From positions 1 through 64,000 of IMG/VR virus record IMGVR_UViG_3300043414_000372: a stretch of DNA of 64,000 nt. One strand, written 5' to 3'. This stretch comes from a virus (lineage: Duplodnaviria; Caudoviricetes). Below, one piece after another: positions 27,271 to 36,755 of this stretch (the first letter of the stretch is position 1; each line of letters begins with the position of its first letter). The notes below the pieces were generated by a model. It did no database searches and was not told the origin of the DNA. It saw nothing but the letters and a program-made list of their open reading frames with translations. The translations under genes were made by a program, and so were the position numbers.

Positions 27271-27719
27271 TATTGTCCGCTTGTTATTGCCTGTAATAGT
27301 GCTCTGGCTACTACACGGTCTTTTTCTTGTTCTTCATCTGACAATTGAGCATAAGGAATGTTCATTAACTTTTCACGTTGTTGAAGTTTTGCTTCTAACT
27401 TACCTGCTGCTTTTAGTTTTTCAGTGTCATCAAATTGTTCTGGATTCTCTACAAATTGTTTAGCGGTTACATTCCATCCATTATGTATCGCATCACTAAT
27501 CTTTTCGATATCAGTAACACCTGCACTAATTAACTTTAGTGCAAATTCGGCTGATTTCAAATTAGCTTGCCAACCAAATGTATTGCCTGGACTACTTCTT
27601 CCATAATGATAAGCATCATCTAATGCTTTGTCACTAATCTGTGCAAGGTGACTTATGTCCATGCTTTCGTTTATCATGTCAATATATTTTCTAAATAATT
27701 CACCAACATTCTCGTCCAT
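27270..27719 (-). CDS. RyR (ryanodine receptor repeat) domain protein
   Basis: AIHNGW...PYAQLSDEEQEKDR motif. Confidence 0.65.
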   Translation of the reverse strand: MDENVGELFRKYIDMINESMDISHLAQISDKALDDAYHYGRSSPGNTFGWQANLKSAEFALKLISAGVTDIEKISDAIHNGWNVTAKQFVENPEQFDDTEKLKAAGKLEAKLQQREKLMNIPYAQLSDEEQEKDRVVARALLQAITSGQ

Positions 27720-27729
27720 TTTATTTTCC

Positions 27730-28089
27730 TTAATAACTTAATTTAACGTAATTAACTAAACCCTGCTGGAAGTCTACAACTTTTGCTCTCATATAAACAA
27801 AGTTACCGGTAACATTTGTATATTGTGTAGCATTTGGATTATCACTTCCATTAAATTCGTACACATCAAACCATTGATTATCTACTGATGCGGGATTTGC
27901 TAGTGTTGCTTGGATAACAATGTTTCCAATAATATTGGTTACGCTAAGATTAACTGTCTGTAAATCTCTGTTACCTAAATAATATGCTGCGGCCGGTTGA
28001 GCGTCCCCTACAACTGTGTAGGGTGCTCCGTTGCCTGGATTTTGATAGGCTGTCTGTGGTAACAGAATAAGTGTAGTAGATTGGCTCAT
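27730..28089 (-). CDS. Hypothetical beta-rich protein
   Basis: ORF track; AGGA SD. Confidence 0.7.
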   Translation of the reverse strand: MSQSTTLILLPQTAYQNPGNGAPYTVVGDAQPAAAYYLGNRDLQTVNLSVTNIIGNIVIQATLANPASVDNQWFDVYEFNGSDNPNATQYTNVTGNFVYMRAKVVDFQQGLVNYVKLSY

Positions 28090-28256
28090 TATGCTTTCAC
28101 CACTTCAACTACTACACTTTCACCCACTAATTCTTGGGCAACTTGCTCAATTGCCGCTTGAACATCTGCACCTACAAGTCCACCATTGTCGGTGTCTGAA
28201 TCTTTAACGATTTTACTGAATTTGACAACTAATATGTCCTCTACGATTTTTGCCAT
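28089..28256 (-). CDS. Hypothetical protein (55 aa)
   Basis: Start re-set to MAKIVED after TAAATA (28274-28279) and GGAG SD. Confidence 0.65.
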   Translation of the reverse strand: MAKIVEDILVVKFSKIVKDSDTDNGGLVGADVQAAIEQVAQELVGESVVVEVVKA

Positions 28257-28284
28257 GATAATACTCCGTAGAGTATTTATCATT

Positions 28285-29019
28285 TTAGACAGGATCGGGT
28301 CGTTTTTCTAATTTGTATCGTTTTCCAAGCATATGGCCATACATTAATACTAGATAACTCAATGTACTTTCATTGTCATAATCAATAGAATGAGTTCCGC
28401 TAGTATAGCGATAACTCCAACTATTGTGTGAAGCAATCGGGCGTCTAACATACTCGTCTAACCAGTCTTTTAATGCATTGCTAGGGACTAATTCTTTACT
28501 TTTCTTAACAGTATCATACAAATCTTTGACAAAAGTTTTATCTTCAATGTACGCAGTTTTTAAGTAAATCCTGTAGTTATGTTTTGGCTTATTGACATAG
28601 TACTTTGTACCAGCAAACTGCTCAACTTGTACCTCAGTAATTTTTACAGTAATTGGTCCAAGTTCCTTCAATGTAAGCAACAACTCTAAATCGTTGCTGT
28701 AAACTGAAGCAGTATCACACTCAAGTCTAAAACCCACTGTTCCGGGTTTTTTGTTAGCATTGCGCCAATCAATGTAGTTAGTAATTTCGTTAAAATTTCC
28801 TACAATCATAGCTTTTCTGTCTGCTCTGATTTTATTGTATCCAGTAGAATCTATTCGTTTTACCAAATCTTCTGGAGTTTTAGCATAGCTAGCATAACCC
28901 AACCCATCTATTCTGAATTTAGCACGATATCTATACTTGTTGTAATAGTTGTTTTCCTTATATTCATAATAATCAATATTAGGAACGTCTTTAACTGACC
29001 TCAATAATCCCATTTTCAT
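28285..29019 (-). CDS. Hypothetical protein
   Basis: 244-aa ORF tiled in the operon. Confidence 0.7.
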   Translation of the reverse strand: MKMGLLRSVKDVPNIDYYEYKENNYYNKYRYRAKFRIDGLGYASYAKTPEDLVKRIDSTGYNKIRADRKAMIVGNFNEITNYIDWRNANKKPGTVGFRLECDTASVYSNDLELLLTLKELGPITVKITEVQVEQFAGTKYYVNKPKHNYRIYLKTAYIEDKTFVKDLYDTVKKSKELVPSNALKDWLDEYVRRPIASHNSWSYRYTSGTHSIDYDNESTLSYLVLMYGHMLGKRYKLEKRPDPV

Positions 29020-31252
29020 TCACCTTAGCTGTTAGTTTATGTGTTACTGCAAAATCAATTGCGCCGTCTGTCATCACAGCACTGATTGTAGCAGATTTAA
29101 TGCGTTCAAACAAGACCTTTTTACTTAGAGGTACCCGAATCAATTCATCAATCTTACGTGCTAGTGGTCGTGCGCCCATTTTCTTATCGTACCCTTGCTC
29201 TGCCAAATACTCTACTACTGGCTCACTAAGGTTCAATGAGATATCATGCTTGTCCAACAAACTCTTTTTCAAGTCATCGGTAAACTTGATAACAATCTTC
29301 TTAATCGCAAGTGTATCCAATTTGTTAAACTTACAAATCAAATCAACACGATTTCTAAATTCTGGTTTGAAGAATTCTTTCAATGCTTTGTCATCTTCAC
29401 CGGTCTTTTCTTGGCTACCAAATCCAATATTATTGCGTTCGCTATCACTAGAACCCAAATTACTAGTCATAATAATGATAGTGTTTTTACAGTTAACTTG
29501 TTTACCATTACTACCAGTAATATGTCCTTCATCCAACATCTGTAGAAAGATATTAAAGATATCTGGATGTGCTTTCTCAACTTCATCAAACAACATAATT
29601 GAATGTGGGTTTTTACTTAAGTCATTAATTAATCGTCCACCACTTACTTGACTATCACCAAACCCAACATAACCCGGGGGAGGTCCAATCAAGCTACTTA
29701 CACTATGCTTCTCTCCATACTCACTCATATCATATTTGAGTAAGGGCATATCTAAGTTCTTGCTTAGAAGTTTAGCAAGTTCTGTCTTGCCAGTACCAGT
29801 TGGTCCTAAGAACAAGAAACTTGCTGTAGGTTTACTATCGTTGCCAATACCCGCAAATGAAACATATACTCGTTCAAGTACCTGCTGTACAGTTTCATCT
29901 TGCCCGTATAGTTTATCTTTGATGCTTGATTCTAATTTATGAATCAAATCAAAGTTGTCACCTTTCATCTTATCAGCAGGGACGCCAGTGAAACGTTCAA
30001 CCTGATCAAACACAAGTTCTTTCGTAATGATTGCACCTTTGTTCTCTGCTACACGTTGTTTAGCGCAAGCGGCATCAAGCAAATCAATAGATTTATCTGG
30101 ATTCTTACGGTCATGAATATAACGGTCAGCACTTTCAACTGCTGCTTTAATAGCATCATCGGTGATTTCAACATTGTGAAAATCATTCAATCTGCTGCTC
30201 AACCCATTCAAAATACGAATAGTTGTATCATGGTTAGGTTCATCAACACTCACACGATAGAACCTACGCATTAATGCACGATCTTTTTCAAAACTTTCGT
30301 AATATTCTTCCCAAGTTGTACTAGCAATAACTTTAAGAGTACCTTTAGTAATTGCTGGTTTAATCATATTGGCAAAATCAACCGACCCATTATTTGAGCC
30401 GCCTGAACCCTGCATAGTATGTGCTTCATCAATAAAAAGAATAGTCTTTTTCTTTGTGTTCAGTGCATCTAATACTGCTTTGACCTTTTCTTCAAAGTCT
30501 CCGCGATACTTACTACCAGCAAGCAAACTACCCACTTCTAAACTATATAGTTGATGGTCGTGCAAGAATTCAGGGACTTCTTTGTTAATCATCATCTGTG
30601 CTAGACCTTCAGCAATTGCGGTTTTACCAACGCCCGGGTCACCAACCATCAATACGTTACTCTTGAATCGTTTAGCAAGTACATTAATGATATCATCAAG
30701 TTCTTTTGTACGACCGATGAGTGGTTCAAGTTTACCCTGTGCTGCTAGTTGTGTTAGATTGATTGTATATTCTTCTAGAATTTCATCGGCCTGATTATCT
30801 GTTAGATTAGTATTTTCATTATGTTTATAATGTTTTTGCCAATGTGCTACGAATTCGTTTTTATTGATTCCATACTTAAGTAAGAAATAATGAGCATGGC
30901 TATTACCTTCACTTGCAATACTTAGATATAAATCTATTGTAGTAACTTGCCGGCGACCACTAAACAATACTTGTGTTACTGAACGATTCATTACACGTTC
31001 TAAGCTATTAGTTTTGCGAGGAACTACTTCATCTTCTTTACTTACGATAGCATGAAGGCTGTCCAAATATGCAGCGATTTCTTGTGACATTGAATCAATG
31101 TCAGCACCATAACTTACTAGGCATTTCTTAAAGGCTGAATGAGTTATTAGTGAAAGCAGTAGATGTTCTACCGTGACGTATTGATGTTTACGTTCTTTTG
31201 AGTATTCAATAGATTGTTGAATAATATGTTCAATTTCGGGTGAATGTGTCAT
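28991..31252 (-). CDS. clpA: Clp protease ATP-binding subunit (ClpA-like)
   Basis: Clp N-domain, two AAA+ modules (GDPGVGKT, GPTGTGKT; FIDEAH, LFDEVEKAH), no ClpB middle domain, IGF loop. Confidence 0.92.
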   Translation of the reverse strand: MTHSPEIEHIIQQSIEYSKERKHQYVTVEHLLLSLITHSAFKKCLVSYGADIDSMSQEIAAYLDSLHAIVSKEDEVVPRKTNSLERVMNRSVTQVLFSGRRQVTTIDLYLSIASEGNSHAHYFLLKYGINKNEFVAHWQKHYKHNENTNLTDNQADEILEEYTINLTQLAAQGKLEPLIGRTKELDDIINVLAKRFKSNVLMVGDPGVGKTAIAEGLAQMMINKEVPEFLHDHQLYSLEVGSLLAGSKYRGDFEEKVKAVLDALNTKKKTILFIDEAHTMQGSGGSNNGSVDFANMIKPAITKGTLKVIASTTWEEYYESFEKDRALMRRFYRVSVDEPNHDTTIRILNGLSSRLNDFHNVEITDDAIKAAVESADRYIHDRKNPDKSIDLLDAACAKQRVAENKGAIITKELVFDQVERFTGVPADKMKGDNFDLIHKLESSIKDKLYGQDETVQQVLERVYVSFAGIGNDSKPTASFLFLGPTGTGKTELAKLLSKNLDMPLLKYDMSEYGEKHSVSSLIGPPPGYVGFGDSQVSGGRLINDLSKNPHSIMLFDEVEKAHPDIFNIFLQMLDEGHITGSNGKQVNCKNTIIIMTSNLGSSDSERNNIGFGSQEKTGEDDKALKEFFKPEFRNRVDLICKFNKLDTLAIKKIVIKFTDDLKKSLLDKHDISLNLSEPVVEYLAEQGYDKKMGARPLARKIDELIRVPLSKKVLFERIKSATISAVMTDGAIDFAVTHKLTAKVNENGIIEVS

Positions 31253-32055
31253 TTAGACTCCTTTAGTTTTTGTTGAGAAATGCTATTGATTACCGTTTCA
31301 TCTATTATATCAGGAATGAAAGGTTTTAGCAAGATTATTTGGTCACCATATCCAGTTGTGTTGTAAATGGGCATACCTTGTCCTGTTAATTTCAATTGTA
31401 TATATGGTTGTGTTCGTGGTTTTACTGTTACCTCAAGTGTTTTTCCAGATAAGGTCGTGAATTCAAAAGTAGTTCCAATAATCAAATCTAATACTGATAT
31501 GGAATGATTACAGACTAAATCATTACCTTGTCTATCGTATTTAAGATGAGGTTCGATACGAAAATCTACGACTAGACTAGCACCATCAAGTACGTTATCA
31601 ATTTTCATTTGATTACCATTTTGTATACCTTTTGGTACTTGAATAGTTACTGCATGGACATTAGTGGGTGTTTGTAGTTTTAATAATTGTTCCCCGCCGT
31701 GATATGCTTGTTCAAGTGATATGTTTATTGTAGTGCGGAATACTTGTTGTTGTGGTTGTTGTCTACGTTGATTAAACGGGTCAAACGGGTTACCTCCCCC
31801 AAACATCTGACCAAATATATGTTCAAATCCTTGAGGCATTCCACCTTGATGATGGAATCCTTGTGGCATAGGATTATCATATTGTTGACGTTTTTCCGGG
31901 TTACTTAAAGTATCGTAAGCCGCTTGTATATCTTGGAATTTAGCCTTGTCGCCGCCCTTGTCAGGATGATGCTGACTAGCGAGTTTGCGATATGATTTTT
32001 TGATTTCGTCAGGTGTAGCTGTTTTACTAACACCCAAAGTATTGTAATGATCCAT
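31249..32055 (-). CDS. DnaJ class II / CbpA-like co-chaperone
   Basis: J-domain with HPDKGG, G/F-rich linker, no zinc finger, C-terminal substrate domain. Confidence 0.9.
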   Translation of the reverse strand: MDHYNTLGVSKTATPDEIKKSYRKLASQHHPDKGGDKAKFQDIQAAYDTLSNPEKRQQYDNPMPQGFHHQGGMPQGFEHIFGQMFGGGNPFDPFNQRRQQPQQQVFRTTINISLEQAYHGGEQLLKLQTPTNVHAVTIQVPKGIQNGNQMKIDNVLDGASLVVDFRIEPHLKYDRQGNDLVCNHSISVLDLIIGTTFEFTTLSGKTLEVTVKPRTQPYIQLKLTGQGMPIYNTTGYGDQIILLKPFIPDIIDETVINSISQQKLKESK

Positions 32056-32061
32056 TCAGTT

Positions 32062-32090
32062 AGTATAGCATACTTTTATGCTATTGTCAA
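32062..32090 (-). promoter_or_regulatory. Sigma70-type promoter of dnaJ-clpA
   Basis: TTGACA-N17-TATACT; ATAGCAT/ATGCTAT dyad overlaps it; ATG 6 nt after the -10 box. Confidence 0.8.
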
Positions 32091-32094
32091 CACT

Positions 32095-32736
32095 TTAGTT
32101 AACGCCGGCAACCTTTTCTTTAGTTCGGCCGTACGCGGCTATACCCAATACTGCACCCATTGCAATATGATATAGTCCAGCACCTTGCAAGGTTAACGGT
32201 TGCCACTGACTAGTAACTTGCCCATGATTTAATGCTTGTAATAGACTCCAAAGAATCGGAAACAAAATAAAATCCACAAAACATGTAGACATGTATAACC
32301 ATCCCATCATAGGGCGCCATTTTGAATTTATCCAATGCTCACTTTCTGCATCATTGGCAACTAATATTTCAGCACCTTGCGCTGCATTAGATCCTGCGCC
32401 GGTTAATACTGGATTATTACCGACGCTCATGTTCATGTTACTTGTGCCGACTGAACCCATGTTGTTTGTTGACCCACCAAAACTTGTTGATCCGAACCCG
32501 CCTGGTGTTGAATTGAAGCCCGGTGTTGGTGAACCAAAACCACTGGTTGATCCAAAGCCTCCTGTTGGTGTAGCGCCAAATGCTGAAGGCCCGCTTGAAA
32601 ATGAGTTGGTTGAGCCATAAGTACTTCCTTGTGGAAATTGTGATATAGTAGGATCGGCCGCTAATATATCGTGGTGATCATCGCTCTTTGCTATTGCTGA
32701 ATCTGTTGTTGCTTTCTGTGCTAATATAGTTGCCAT
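32095..32736 (-). CDS. Putative holin (3-TM type) with long G/S/F-rich N-terminus
   Basis: WRPMMGWLY...WQPLTLQG.GLYHIAMGAVLG..AYGRT.EK hydrophobic C-terminal domain. Confidence 0.6.
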   Translation of the reverse strand: MATILAQKATTDSAIAKSDDHHDILAADPTISQFPQGSTYGSTNSFSSGPSAFGATPTGGFGSTSGFGSPTPGFNSTPGGFGSTSFGGSTNNMGSVGTSNMNMSVGNNPVLTGAGSNAAQGAEILVANDAESEHWINSKWRPMMGWLYMSTCFVDFILFPILWSLLQALNHGQVTSQWQPLTLQGAGLYHIAMGAVLGIAAYGRTKEKVAGVN

Positions 32737-33284
32737 TATAAACCTGCCATTGATATAAATGCTTTTAATTCGCTATCTGGTTCACCGTGTAAATTAACTG
32801 TGTCTAATCCTGCACGATGACGCATCTCGTTTAATTCTTCTTCATCTTCGTTTTGTTCACGATATTCATGCGGGCTAATAGTAATTTTTTGTTTTAATAT
32901 TTCAGCATCCGCATCATAATCTTCTTCATCAATATTTATAGTCCACTCATTTACTTTTAAATCTGTTAATGTTTCTAAATCTTCTATCAATTCTACAATA
33001 CGTGCTGGAACTTTTGTTCTACGTTTCATCTCAACAAATACTAGATATTTTCCAGGACTTAATTCACCTTCACTAATACTAGCATCAATAATCCAGTCAT
33101 ATCCTCGCTCAAACCAATCAACTAAATCATCACCTGCTGCTTCACTATTAACAGTAAATGCCAAGGTGACTATATCAGCATCTCTCCCCGCCTTAGCAGC
33201 ATATTCATCTACGGAAACAGTAGGTTCAATTTGATCTACCATATCCAAATAGTCTAAGCCTTCATTAATGATTCTTCTAGTCAT
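32736..33284 (-). CDS. Hypothetical acidic protein
   Basis: ORF track; MTRRIINE start. Confidence 0.7.
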   Translation of the reverse strand: MTRRIINEGLDYLDMVDQIEPTVSVDEYAAKAGRDADIVTLAFTVNSEAAGDDLVDWFERGYDWIIDASISEGELSPGKYLVFVEMKRRTKVPARIVELIEDLETLTDLKVNEWTINIDEEDYDADAEILKQKITISPHEYREQNEDEEELNEMRHRAGLDTVNLHGEPDSELKAFISMAGL

Positions 33285-33292
33285 AATATACC

Positions 33293-33898
33293 TTACATTG
33301 CGGGGGCAGGTGGTGCACCTGGTGGCATGCCGCCCATTCCTGTACCAGCATCTTGTTCTTGTTCTTCCTGATCAGTAGTAGAATTTTGATCCAAATCGTC
33401 ATCGTATGAATCATCTAGTTCTTCCAGATCAATTGTTTGGCCAGCTAAGTCAATAGAACCTTCTTTAATATCATCTAATAAATCTTTTGGTATTTCAATG
33501 TAAACAAACCAAATTTTCTTTGGTGCCATCTTTGGATAGCGTGTTCCAGGGACATAATCTTCGTAGTCTTTAACTTCTACTGGAACTTCAATCTCTGATT
33601 TAGCAAACTTGACTTTACATCCAACTGCTACTAAACGTCTAGCACCCTTAGGATTGGGCATTAACTTATATGGCCACATGAATACGCAGCTAACAGTATA
33701 GCGTTTTACGTTAGGACCTTGAACTAATTCACCCAATTCCCAATTACGATAAGCGTAAAGATCGGATTCGTCTAGTACTCGTTCAAAGTCTAGTAGGGTG
33801 TTCATTGACCCGTCACTGGTAAATATACCCTTTACGGTGTCTACAATGCTGACATAATCAACATTATCAAAGAAATTGTCGGCGGTTTCGTGCTTCAT
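33293..33898 (-). CDS. Hypothetical late protein
   Basis: ATG 5 nt after TAAATA (33904-33909). Confidence 0.75.
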   Translation of the reverse strand: MKHETADNFFDNVDYVSIVDTVKGIFTSDGSMNTLLDFERVLDESDLYAYRNWELGELVQGPNVKRYTVSCVFMWPYKLMPNPKGARRLVAVGCKVKFAKSEIEVPVEVKDYEDYVPGTRYPKMAPKKIWFVYIEIPKDLLDDIKEGSIDLAGQTIDLEELDDSYDDDLDQNSTTDQEEQEQDAGTGMGGMPPGAPPAPAM

Positions 33899-34070
33899 TA
33901 ATATATTTATCTTTTATTGATTAATAGCACTATTTCGATATTTCGCAGTTGAGCCAAGTATTTAGTCTAAAATATTGCGTTAAAAGTCTGATACATTACA
34001 GCATGGGTTTTACTTTAAATAATATTGAGTATTATGAGTACTCACCCGCTCTTATAAAGGAGAATTTACA

Positions 34071-34856
34071 TTGAGCAAACGGAAAACCAGTGCTTTACGC
34101 ACTACTCAGCAAGATCCACGCTTTTCAAGCAAAAAACAAACAAATCAAACTTTTTACATGAAAGAATCAAAAACAATAGATTTCTCGCAAGCACAAAAAT
34201 CTGTAAGGATCAATAAACGACCCGTACAGTTAGTACCTAAATCCCTGAATCAAGAAAATTACATTATCGCTTTACTAGATGAGGACACGGATATTGTTGT
34301 TGTCACTGGTCCGGCTGGTACGGGTAAAACTTATTTAGCAATGCAGGCTGCTATAAAAGCAATGCGGAATGGAGAATGTGATAGAATCATATTGTCTCGT
34401 CCCGCAGTAGGAGTAGATGACGAAAAACATGGCTTCTTGCCAGGTGATATCAATCAAAAGATGGAACCATGGACAAGACCTTTATTAGATGTATTACGTG
34501 AGTATTACACACAAGCAGAAATAACCCACATGTTGGACGAACAGATTATAGAGATTGCTCCATTGGCATTCTGTCGTGGTCGTAACTTCAAACACAGTTG
34601 GGTAGTGTTAGATGAAGCGCAAAATGCAACACCTGGTCAACTCAAAATGATTATGACTAGAATCGGCGTTGGCAGTAAGATTGTAATTACTGGCGATATT
34701 GAACAAGCCGATAGAAAATCAGCCGACAATGGGCTACTAGACTTACAAAATCGATTGAGGAAGGGGGTGATACCAGGGTTGCAGTTATGTACTTTTGACA
34801 TCAAAGATGTTCAAAGACACCGCATCATTGAACATGTACTAAACTTGTACAGTTAA
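34071..34856 (+). CDS. phoH: PhoH-family ATPase
   Basis: GPAGTGKT, LSRPAV, GFLPGD, LAFCRGRNF, DEAQN, GDIEQ.D; TTG start after AAGGAG. Confidence 0.95.
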   Translation: MSKRKTSALRTTQQDPRFSSKKQTNQTFYMKESKTIDFSQAQKSVRINKRPVQLVPKSLNQENYIIALLDEDTDIVVVTGPAGTGKTYLAMQAAIKAMRNGECDRIILSRPAVGVDDEKHGFLPGDINQKMEPWTRPLLDVLREYYTQAEITHMLDEQIIEIAPLAFCRGRNFKHSWVVLDEAQNATPGQLKMIMTRIGVGSKIVITGDIEQADRKSADNGLLDLQNRLRKGVIPGLQLCTFDIKDVQRHRIIEHVLNLYS

Positions 34857-34880
34857 AAAGAGGGGCACTGCCCCTCTTTT
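34856..34880. terminator. Bidirectional intrinsic terminator
   Basis: AAAAGAGGGGC-act-GCCCCTCTTTT perfect palindrome between convergent genes. Confidence 0.85.
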
Positions 34881-35148
34881 ATTTCTTCTGAATTTCGCTT
34901 TCAGTATTATTCTTTATTAATTGGTCTATCAATGTTGGATATACTCGTCGGTAATATTCAATCATTTTATCCCAATCACTATCTACTACCTTCCCCTCAA
35001 CTACGCATTTGTCAATGTTCTTTTTATTAAAATCTAAAATGACATTGCACGTTTGAATGTCAGAGTTCCGTACTTTTTTGCTAATACTAACTTGTTCATC
35101 AATCTGTCCATTGGGTTTACGAACAAAAGTAATCAATAAATATCTCAC
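34879..35148 (-). CDS. Hypothetical protein
   Basis: ATGA-coupled to the clamp loader. Confidence 0.7.
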   Translation of the reverse strand: MRYLLITFVRKPNGQIDEQVSISKKVRNSDIQTCNVILDFNKKNIDKCVVEGKVVDSDWDKMIEYYRRVYPTLIDQLIKNNTESEIQKK

Positions 35149-36071
35149 GATGTTAACTCCACTAATGTTGCTGCTAGACTAATCTCAGGGATTCCAACTA
35201 ATGGCAAGTTTGCTAATCCATTACGAATGACAATGATACTAGCATCACGTTTTTCTTGTTGCTTGCCCCATAAGTCTAAGTTGTCATACATCCACTTATA
35301 AGTATCTTCAATACGTGTTGGGTACAACGCAATGTATTGCATCAGTTGCTGGCGTCCCTCAAGAATCTTGCCAGCTTTAAACAATGTTGTTGCTTCTAAC
35401 AACAATTCATGTTCACTGTTACCTTCTGATTGTGGGGGCAATAGTTTTCCTGTGCTGCTATTGACTTGTAGTTGATTCAAGCATTTACGCAAGTCTGGAT
35501 ATGCTACACGAACATAGCTGTCTAATGTATCCAAGTCAAACTCAATACCCTCAGTTACAAGAACAGTTGCTGCCCTTGCTGTATATTCTGTGCGATCAGG
35601 CTTAGCGATATGAAATTTGTGGCAACGACTTTCACGCAATGCTGGAATGATTTTGTGTTCATAGTTACAAGTAAGAATGAACCTTACTGTATCAGCATAT
35701 GCTTCCATATCGTTACGCAATGCTGCTTGAAACTCTGGACTTGTATAGTCAGCCTCGTCAAGTAAAATCACTTTAAACTTACCGAACGGCATTGTTTGTG
35801 CGAATCCATTAATCTTATCACGCACAACTGCTACACCATTCTCGCGGCTCGCATTGATTTCTAATACATCATAATCTTCTACACCAAGTTCATTAATTAA
35901 AACTTTAGCAAGAGTAGTCTTACCAGTACCCGGGTCGCCACTTAGTAATAGATGTGGGATAGAGCCATTGGCTATCCAACCTTCTACTTGTTGTTTTTGT
36001 CGTTCATCTACAAAGACATAATCTGTTACAGATTTCGGACGATACAACTCAACCCATAATTTATTTTTCAT
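35145..36071 (-). CDS. Clamp loader AAA+ subunit (gp44/RFC-like)
   Basis: WVELYRP, GDPGTGKT, EINAS, LDEAD, CNY, ESRC, PDLRKCLN. Confidence 0.93.
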   Translation of the reverse strand: MKNKLWVELYRPKSVTDYVFVDERQKQQVEGWIANGSIPHLLLSGDPGTGKTTLAKVLINELGVEDYDVLEINASRENGVAVVRDKINGFAQTMPFGKFKVILLDEADYTSPEFQAALRNDMEAYADTVRFILTCNYEHKIIPALRESRCHKFHIAKPDRTEYTARAATVLVTEGIEFDLDTLDSYVRVAYPDLRKCLNQLQVNSSTGKLLPPQSEGNSEHELLLEATTLFKAGKILEGRQQLMQYIALYPTRIEDTYKWMYDNLDLWGKQQEKRDASIIVIRNGLANLPLVGIPEISLAATLVELTS

Positions 36072-36373
36072 TTTCTTAGCATTTCAAGAGTTATAATATG
36101 TGCGATACCTTGACCCAAGTCTTGGTCACTATTAATGATATGCAATGCTGAATTGCGTTCATCTGTTCTAGGATCATATTTGTTGTACTCCATTACATAT
36201 CCACCGTTCGCTGAATGTATCGTAAAGTTCATACCATTTGGCTGATCCATCCTACGACCTGAACTAAGAGTAGCAATAGTTTTTGATGTAGCTATCACAT
36301 CACCGTCTGAACGGACTTTATTCCAATCTTCTCTAACCCATTGAATAACTTTTTGCTTAAACCAATTTATCAT
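36068..36373 (-). CDS. Hypothetical protein
   Basis: Tiled in the operon. Confidence 0.7.
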   Translation of the reverse strand: MINWFKQKVIQWVREDWNKVRSDGDVIATSKTIATLSSGRRMDQPNGMNFTIHSANGGYVMEYNKYDPRTDERNSALHIINSDQDLGQGIAHIITLEMLRK

Positions 36374-36754
36374 TTAATATACCTTATCACTCCAAGTTTC
36401 GTCTTTTAATTTCTCGTCAGATATAAGTAAAATATCTGCCGGATCCACTCTGCGAATAGTCTTTGGTCCTTCTTCATCTTCGATATCTATACCACGAGTC
36501 CAACGACCATGACTAATCATAATCCATTTACCAATCTGATATTCTGGGTCTGTGTTAGTAGAACCGATAGCATAAATCTTCCCCCAACGAGGGCGAATAC
36601 CTGCGCTTTTCATATCGTCATTGGGTAATAGAATACCGCTGCTGAGAATTCTAACATCAAAATCCATATCACACACTATGATATGGGCGCCGATTGGCTT
36701 GAATTGGCTCTTGTTAAAACGATGTGGTTCGAATGCTAATTTCTTTTCTTCCAT
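36374..36754 (-). CDS. groES: GroES-like co-chaperonin
   Basis: FKPIGAHIIV, SSGILLP, G.I.AIG, IGKWI; start re-set to MEEKK. Confidence 0.75.
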   Translation of the reverse strand: MEEKKLAFEPHRFNKSQFKPIGAHIIVCDMDFDVRILSSGILLPNDDMKSAGIRPRWGKIYAIGSTNTDPEYQIGKWIMISHGRWTRGIDIEDEEGPKTIRRVDPADILLISDEKLKDETWSDKVY

Positions 36755-36755
36755 A

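Noticed and set aside
29100-30794. Long + strand ORFs opposite clpA (and opposite polB and the 953-aa gene)
   Set aside because: Antisense shadows of well-supported genes, with no motifs or expression signals.
33899-34070. tRNA or ncRNA in the largest intergenic gap
   Set aside because: AT-rich with no cloverleaf or T-loop motif; explained by divergent TAAATA promoters. No tRNA was seen elsewhere by eye.
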